From positions 1 through 28,395 of the forward strand of contig JAQGDQ010001707.1 of the NCBI GenBank assembly GCA_030141605.1: 28,395 nt of DNA. The letters run 5' to 3'. Below the pieces are notes generated by a model. That model was not told where the DNA came from and ran no database searches. It worked only from the letters and a program-made list of their open reading frames with translations. Position numbers and translations under genes: made by a program. Numbering within the stretch: position 1 is the first letter of the stretch; every line of letters begins with the position of its first letter. Origin of the DNA: Tubiluchus corallicola (lineage: Eukaryota > Animalia > Priapulida). Positions 1 to 28,395 of the stretch are shown piece after piece.

Positions 1-1659
1 AGGTGCAGTTTTGATCTTGACAACCCACTGCAAGGTGCAGTTTTGATCTTGACATTCCACTGCAAGGTGCAGGGTTGATCTTGACAACCCACTGCAAGGT
101 GCAGGTTTGACCTTGACATTGCACTTCAAGGTGCAGGTTTGATCTTGACATTGCACTTCAAGGTGCAGGGTTGATCTTGACATTGCACTTCAAGGTGCAG
201 GTTTGATCTTGACATTGCACTTCAAGGTGCAGTTTTGATCTTGAAAACCCACTGCAAGGTGCAGTTTTGATCTTGACAACCCACTGCAAGGTGCAGTTTT
301 GATCTTGACATTCCACTGCAAGGTGCAGGGTTGATCTTGACAACCCACTGCAAGGTGCAGGTTTGACCTTGACATTGCACTTCAAGGTGCAGGTTTGATC
401 TTGACATTGCACTTCAAGGTGCAGGGTTGATCTTGACATTGCACTTCAAGGTGCAGGTTTGATCTTGACATTGCACTTCAAGGTGCAGTTTTGATCTTGA
501 AAACCCACTGCAAGGTGCAGTTTTGATCTTGACAACCCACTGCAAGGTGCAGTTTTGATCTTGACATTCCACTGCAAGGTGCAGGGTTGATCTTGACAAC
601 CCACTGCAAGGTGCAGGTTTGACCTTGACATTGCACTTCAAGGTGCAGGTTTGATCTTGACATTGCACTTCAAGGTGCAGGGTTGATCTTGACATTGCAC
701 TTCAAGGTGCAGGTTTGATCTTGACATTGCACTTCAAGGTGCAGTTTTGATCTTGAAAACCCACTGCAAGGTGCAGTTTTGATCTTGACAACCCACTGCA
801 AGGTGCAGTTTTGATCTTGACATTCCACTGCAAGGTGCAGGGTTGATCTTGACAACCCACTGCAAGGTGCAGGTTTGATCTTGACATTCCACTGCAAGGT
901 GCAGGTTTGATCTTGACATTGCACTTCAAGGTGCAGTTTTGATCTTGACATTCCACTGCAAGGTACAAGTTTGATTTTTACATTCCACTGCAAGGTGCAG
1001 GTTTGATCTTGACATTCCACTGCAAGGTGCAGGTTTGATCTCGACATTCCACTGCAAGGTGCAGGTTTGATCTTGACATTCCACTGCAAGGTGCAGGTTT
1101 GATCTTGACATTCCACTGCAAGGTGCAGGTTTGATCTTGACATTCCACTGCAAGGTGCAGGTTTGATCTTGACATTCCACTGCAAGGTGCAAGTTTGATC
1201 TTGACATTCCACTGCAAGTGCAGGTTTGATCTTGACATTCCACTGCAAGGTGCAGGTTTGATCTTGACATTCCACTGCAAGTGCAGGTTTGATCTTGACA
1301 TTCCACTGCAAGTGCAGGTTTGATCTTGACATTCCATTGCAAGGTGCAGGTTTGATCTTGACATTCCACTGCAAGGTGCAGGTTTGATCTTGACATTCCA
1401 CTGCAAGTGCAGGTTTGATCTTGACATTCCACTGCAAGTGCAGGTTTGATCTTGACATTCCATTGCAAGGTGCAGGTTTGATCTTGACATTCCACTGCAA
1501 GTGCAGGTTTGATCTTGACATTCCACTGCAAGTGCAGGTTTGATCTTGACATTCCATTGCAAGGTGCAGGTTTGATCTTGACATTCCACTGCAAGGTGCA
1601 GGTTTGATCTTGACATTCCACTGCAAGTGCAGGTTTGATCTTGACATTCCACTGCAAGG
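1..1659. repeat. 32-bp tandem satellite (consensus AAGGTGCAGGTTTGATCTTGACATTCCACTGC), about 52 copies, cut by the window start; 256-bp higher-order repeat in the 5' part
   Basis: Unit read directly. Variants GACCTTG (~110, 366, 622) and GAAAACCC (~243, 499, 755) recur every 256 bp. 31-bp deletion variants (CAAGTGCAGG) appear from ~1215. Confidence 0.97.
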
Positions 1660-2146
1660 CATGTGTTTGATCTCAGTATGGCGTGTGACCAGGAAATCCT
1701 AAAGTTAACATCCTAGCCAAAGGCTCCCATAACAGTAGGACATAAAACATGTAGTTATATATGTATATATAATACATACATAATGCACAAAACTGCGTTC
1801 GTAATATTTAAGGAATTAATATAAGCGAGTCATTATTACCAAAAACCCACCCAAACAATAATGCCAGACTACAACAATGGGCGCAGCGCTAATCGTTGTT
1901 GTCGCTAACTGAGACAACAATAGCTGTTCGATCAATAAGGCATAGTTAGGAATGATTTGCCGTGAACCCGCGTGTGGCTTCACCGCGTAGTGGTTTCATG
2001 AACCGGCTTCAGTTAGTGGTTTCATATGCCGGATGCGTGGGACAGCAATATGCTCGCGTGCTGAATGCTTAGCGGCAGTAAAGCTAATTGCCATTTGGTG
2101 TGCAATTTGATTAATCAAGGATGGCATGACGTCTGCTACAGAAATA

Positions 2147-2268
2147 TGTCAGTGTTTCAAGTCTGTGTGTGAACAGGTGAACCTAGCGATGAACAATCTC
2201 ACGTGGGTGTCAGTGTTTCAAGTCTGTGTGTGAACAGGTGAACCTAGCGATGAACGATCTCACGTGGG
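2147..2268. repeat. 61-bp tandem duplication (2 copies, 1 mismatch)
   Basis: TGTCAGTGTTTCAAGTCTGTGTGTGAACAGGTGAACCTAGCGATGAAC(A/G)ATCTCACGTGGG at 2147-2207 and 2208-2268. Confidence 0.95.
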
Positions 2269-2651
2269 CGTTTTATGTGTTCGTGTAATTTTGATGCCAC
2301 TTCAGTGTTTCTAAATTCATGAAATATTTTTAATTTGAAAATTTTTATTTATATTAAGTAGTTTTGCGTGTGAAAAAGATAGCTTAAATTTAATGTATAG
2401 CTTATGCCTAATGTGTAAATTATACATAATGTACAGGTTAGCTGTGGATTTTGTAGAAATGCTTTATTATATTGTCTAGAAGCTTGTTTAAGTTCTTAGG
2501 TTATGAGAACTCAGAGTAAAAGCACAGAAGTTTTAAAAGCTCAATGCTTCCATTTTTCCAACAACTTTTAACAGGCTTGTAATAATTATCAAACCGGGGT
2601 CTAATCTTAGTATCAGTTTGTCATGAGAAAATACTAGTTGTTTATTCATTC

Positions 2652-3435
2652 GTAACAAGCAGCATAATAGAGAGCAAGTAGCGTAATAGAGAGCAATCAC
2701 ATAACAGAGAGCAAACAGCATAGCAGAAAACAAGCAGCATAACAGACAGCAAGCAGCTTAACAGAGAGCAAGCAGCATAACTGATAGCAATCAGCATAAC
2801 AGAGAGCAAGCAGTTTAACAGACAGCAAGCAGTTTAACATAGAGCAATCGGCATAACAAAAAACAAACAGCATAGCAGAAAACAAGCAGCATAACAGACA
2901 GCAAGCAGCTTAACAGAGAGCAAGCAGCTTAACATAGGGCAAATAGCTTAACAGAGAGCAATGCAGCTTAACAGAGGGAAAAAACTTAACAGAGAGCAAG
3001 TAGCATAACAGAGAGCAAGCAGCATAACTGATATCAAGCAGCATAGCAGAGAGCAAGCAGCAAGAGAATCGAAACATTTGAATGTTTGTTTAGCATCATC
3101 TCTTGAGACTGCGTGAGTCGAAAGCTTTCTAGCATACACTCAACGTACCATGTTTCTTTAACATAGAGCAAGCAACTTAATAGAAAACAGACAGATTAAC
3201 ATAGAGCAAGCAGCTTAATAAAAAAACAAGCAGCTTAACATAGAGTATGAAGCTTAATAGAAAACAAGCAGCTTAACCTAGAGCATGCAGCTTAATAGAA
3301 AACGAGCAGCTTAACATAGAGCTAGTAGCTTAATAAAAAAACAAGCAGCTTAACATAGAGTATGAAGCTTAATAGAAAACAAGCAGCTTAACATAGAGCA
3401 TGCAGCTTAATAGAAAACAAGCAGCTTAACAGAGA
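2652..3435. repeat. Degenerate ~19-bp minisatellite (AACAGAGAGCAAGCAGC[A/T]T) in two blocks, ~2652-3062 and ~3159-3435
   Basis: Unit visible throughout. The second block alternates AACATAGAG and AATAGAAAAC variants as a dimer of about 37-38 bp. About 95 bp of unique sequence separates the blocks. Confidence 0.9.
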
Positions 3436-3750
3436 GGAAATGGAGCGTGTAGATAGTAAATAGGCCTGGCAAACGTACACATTGTCTTCTAGACATTGTT
3501 ATAAAATATTTATGTACTCATAATTGTTTACGATATTCTATGACTCGTTAAGCCTGTATTGTATAGACCTATAGCATCTATATTTAATAAGAGTTGCATG
3601 AGGCCAATAACTGAGAACCCTATGGAGGTTTCCATGTAGTGAAATTATTATTGATGAGACAAGGACTTGTGTGTCGTTTGAAGTTTTTCTTAATTCTTGA
3701 TACTCTAGATCATTCTACTATCTGCAAAATGATTCAATATCCATACTTAA

Positions 3751-4055
3751 AAATCATCATCATCATCATCATCCAATGAATCATACGTCCAGGGACATGA
3801 TTCTGCTCACCTCCCTATGCCAGGACTCCCCCTACTCGCTGCAATGCATCAAGTGTATTTATTTCTAAGGATCAGTGCTGAAGTGTTTAAATCTTTCTGT
3901 GCAAAATCTAAGTATGTTAACATTTGTCCTCCTGCAGGTTTTTTAGCTGGTCCTACGGCTTGTTGAAGAGCTATCTTCACTGGAACGTCATCAGGTAGTC
4001 TAAGCATATACCCAATCCATCTTAAACGGCGTCTTTTTATTTTTCTTGTCCAAGG
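3751..4055 (-). mobile_element. 5'-truncated RTE-clade non-LTR retrotransposon (3' end) with (GAT)n tail and 11-bp TSD
   Basis: Minus strand 4055..3849 translates as PWTRKIKRRRLRWIGYMLRLPDDVPVKIALQQAVGPAKKPAGGQMLTYLDFAQKDL, matching the RTE ORF C-terminal pattern RRLRWxGHxxR...KRPxGRPxxTW. The (GAT)n tail is at 3773..3753. TCCATACTTAA is duplicated at 3740-3750 and 4056-4066. Confidence 0.85.
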
Positions 4056-4636
4056 TCCATACTTAACTAGATGGTCAGGATCGTTTTATAACATACATGT
4101 GAACTAAATAATTTGATGTTTCAGTTCTTGAGACACTTCGAGACATGCTTATTCGAAACATAGAGGAAAAAAATGCTATTCCATCAAGTGAAAAAAGCTA
4201 AATGATTACTGAATTATCCCAGTGATGTCAATGTTTTTTCCAGGATTTTAGGATGAGTTTTGAGCTAAAGGCAATATTAACGAATGTCTGACAGCAAAAG
4301 TGAAGCATTCATGGCTTCAATCAAAACGTATATCTGTAATTTTTATTAGTGGTTTAAGTAGAATTTCTTTGTCAACGACTGCACCTGTAAAAAGCGTAGG
4401 TGTAACAGTAAACGAGCTGGGAGAGTTCTACTTGCGTCAAACCATGAATAATTTAATGCATTTTCACTCAGACCGTTAAAGGTCGCTGTCAAGGTTAATA
4501 ATTTGTGACATTTCGTTTTTGTCCAGAATTTTATCAACTCAACGACAAGATCAAACATTTCAATGCTTGTCTAGCATCATCTCTTGAGACTGTCTGTCGT
4601 ATGAAGCCTTACAGAATTGAAGACCAACCTTACGGG

Positions 4637-4975
4637 CAAATTACTTGCTGGTCAATGTGAAACCAGAATTATAGCTTAAGGAGCGCTGAAGAAACACGTT
4701 CACTCACTGGTCAGTGTGGGACTAGGAGTAGAGGCCACAGAGTGTTGAAGAAACGGTCATTTGGAGGTCAATGGAAGACTAGGATTAGATGCCCGAAAGT
4801 TTTCAAGAAATGGTCACTTGCTAATTAGTGTAAAACTATAATTAATTGTCTGAAGTTAGTTGTCGTTGACTGGTCAGTTTGAAATTAGGACAAGAGGCCA
4901 GAGAGTACTGAAAAACGGTCACTTGATTGTCATTGCAACACTTGGACTAGAGGTCAGAGAGTGTTGAAGAAACAG
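4637..4975. repeat. Old, diverged ~57-bp tandem repeat (about 6 copies) just upstream of the channel start codon
   Basis: Recurrent GGTCACTTG..GGTCAGTGTG..ACTAGGA.TAGAGGCCAGAGAGTGTTGAAGAAAC pattern. Confidence 0.75.
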
Positions 4976-5071
4976 CCTCGTTCACACAGAAACAAGAGTT
5001 AACACAACGCACGCTTTTCTGGCGTTGTGAGACTGCTAGAATCCCAAAGTAGTCACGTTTTTGAAGAGCGG

Positions 5072-26322
<21,251 letters not shown>

Positions 26323-27716
26323 CCGGGAAGATGATGTTAGCCTTAACAAGAATCACAGCTTCGCAAAGATTAAATTCTAATGATGTTGTTAAAGTGCTGT
26401 TTCCGGAATTATGGTGTTATTAATTATTGTTACGTTTTGGCTTACCTAGTCTAAAACCTAGCCTTAAGGGACAAGAAAAGGGGCACCTGAAGTAGGTTTC
26501 AGAAAAATCTCCTTGAAAAATTATATTACTTTATAGCAATTTTATGCGTATATCTTACTCGCACTGAAAGGAATTTTAGTTAGTTTTCATTTTAAATCTC
26601 CCGAAATACTGTTCCGATGTTACCATTACGTCATGTACCAAACATAAATCAAGGGAAGAAAAGGCAATGTTAAATTATATCTCAAAAGACTTTTCGTGCA
26701 AATCTATATTACTTGCTTACCTGCTAGAAAGACTTATGTAACAAAAAAAGAAAATTATTAATTATTTAAATGTTTTCACCAATTGATATAATGTCGCTGA
26801 CTCACCCTCCAGGGTGCACCACTCACTAACCAAAAAACGTATTTTTAATCTTATTGACAAGATACAGTAATTTTAAATTTTATTTAGTTAGTGACGTGTG
26901 CGCTACGAATGCTCTGATTATTTTTTCAAACTTTACAAAATGTTATCTAAACTTGTTTCAAATGACCTGTCGTGAAAATGGCTGCGTCTAACGGTCATCG
27001 CGGGAGTTTAAATTTACATGTTTTATACAGCGTGACTGCCGATTGAAGTCCTTCACGGAAAAAGGCAGTAAGGATATAAAATTTCAAAACGAATTTTTTA
27101 ACATTTATGCTTATGAAGGGTTTTCTTGCGGTTTCATATCACAGAGTTTTGCCTTTTCATCAGAGTTTCTTGGTGGTCGTAAAAAACTTAATTTTAAACG
27201 TAACAACATTAGCAACGAATTCGTATACATGGACAACTCTAAGCTTTTGTTCGTGTTGTGGCTGAAGGCATGTTCACTTGTTCCAATTGCTTCTTTGTAG
27301 CATTTTCTATTTCAGAAAAGAGCATCAGTCTAATTTGATTATTAGTCAAACAATATTAGTAACTATTAATCTGATACTGATGCTTATGAAATTCTATAGG
27401 TAAAGTTTGCATTAAAAATATCTTGCGGATTGTTCAAATTTCATTGTTCTAGTTGGGTACACGGCCAATTGAAAGGTGGGTGGGTACCAGGCTACAGGTA
27501 CAAATAACCCTCGACCTGCAGCTGTAAAGTGCACAGTCGGGGGGGGGGGGTGCATAGTGCGCACTGTGAAAAAGCTTATTGCTCTGGCTGATGTAATTTT
27601 TGCAAATATGCAATGAAAATTTACCCAACAGATGGCGACAGCATCTGATGTCTTATAATGCAGTGCGGTATATAACGTATGTGGCATAAATTTCATATAA
27701 GAGGCTCATATGGGCT

Positions 27717-27718
<2 letters not shown>

Positions 27719-27814
<96 letters not shown>

Positions 27815-27821
27815 TGTATAT
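27719..27821. repeat. (TA)n microsatellite, about 50 units
   Basis: Read directly. Confidence 0.98.
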
Positions 27822-27929
27822 TTAAATAAATTGTATTTGTACCGTCTTAGCTTACTACATACCTGGAATATATATATATATACCAGGTATGTAGTAAGCT
27901 AAGACGGTACAAATACAATTTATTTAAAT
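27820..27929. repeat. 110-bp near-perfect palindrome (47-bp perfect arms around a 16-nt AT centre)
   Basis: ATTTAAATAAATTGTATTTGTACCGTCTTAGCTTACTACATACCTGG (27820-27866) is the exact reverse complement of 27883-27929. Confidence 0.97.
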
Positions 27930-28395
27930 CAATGCTTGCTGATGCCTGTTGGATAAATGTATCATGATGATATTGACGAAGTAACTGGACATGTCTGTAT
28001 CATAGCATTGACAACACCTATATCTAAACAAATAATATATAATTTAAAAAGTAGATCTCGCTAAACAAGATTTATTTTACCTTTATTACGAAATAAGCAC
28101 ACTGGATTCGCTTAAATCGAACAGTAGTAGCTGCATCACTTTGATGACTGAAATGTTTGTTAAGAAAAATAGTGACATTGAAATAAAGCTTCTGATTATA
28201 TCTTGTTTGTGAACGTATTACGGACCTATTGCTTTTATTTTTAATTAGTTTAGTGAGCTGTAAGCAGTGATAATGTATTGTCTAATTAAACTTTATGTAC
28301 ATTTCATGTTTTAACATTTAAAAAACGATACAAAAGAGCTCTTGCCTTGTAGGCTATTTGAAAATGCATTTATGTCTAGTTTTCTGTCGAATATA

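Noticed and set aside
158-1662. Cys/His-rich minus-strand ORFs up to 330 aa (zinc-finger or metallothionein look-alikes)
   Set aside because: These are translations of the 32-bp satellite. The same peptide appears in all three frames, with no unique flanking coding sequence.
5027-5071. N-terminal extension from GTG 5027 in the ORF track
   Set aside because: A non-ATG start is a prokaryotic-style call. ATG 5072/5075 gives a normal TWIK N-terminus.
26464-27054. Kolobok-like element starting TTAA|GGGAC in the 3' region
   Set aside because: The candidate right end matches only about 4 bp, which is indistinguishable from chance.

Overview
Repeat-rich, AT-rich animal (invertebrate-like) genomic DNA, not prokaryotic. 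It holds one complete protein-coding gene on the + strand: a five-exon two-pore-domain K+ channel of the TWIK/KCNK1 subfamily, join(5072..5252,19473..19613,21132..21197,25164..25496,26093..26322). This gives 951 nt and 316 aa, with P1 TTIGYG, P2 TTIGLG and four GT-AG phase-1 introns. Exon 3 is missing from the supplied ORF track. Roughly 45% of the window is tandem repeat: a 32-bp satellite with a 256-bp higher-order repeat, a 53-bp satellite of about 80 copies, 21-bp and 19-bp minisatellites, and compound penta-, tri- and dinucleotide microsatellites. There are also transposon relics: a 5'-truncated RTE LINE with an intact 11-bp target-site duplication, a CR1-like 3' end, two tRNA-derived SINE-like heads, and possible Helitron and Kolobok ends. 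A 110-bp near-perfect palindrome lies downstream of the gene. Most long ORFs in the track are translations of repeats. I find no convincing evidence of a new multi-gene system. The best leads are the channel's residue differences from vertebrate TWIK-1, the palindrome and the repeat architecture.
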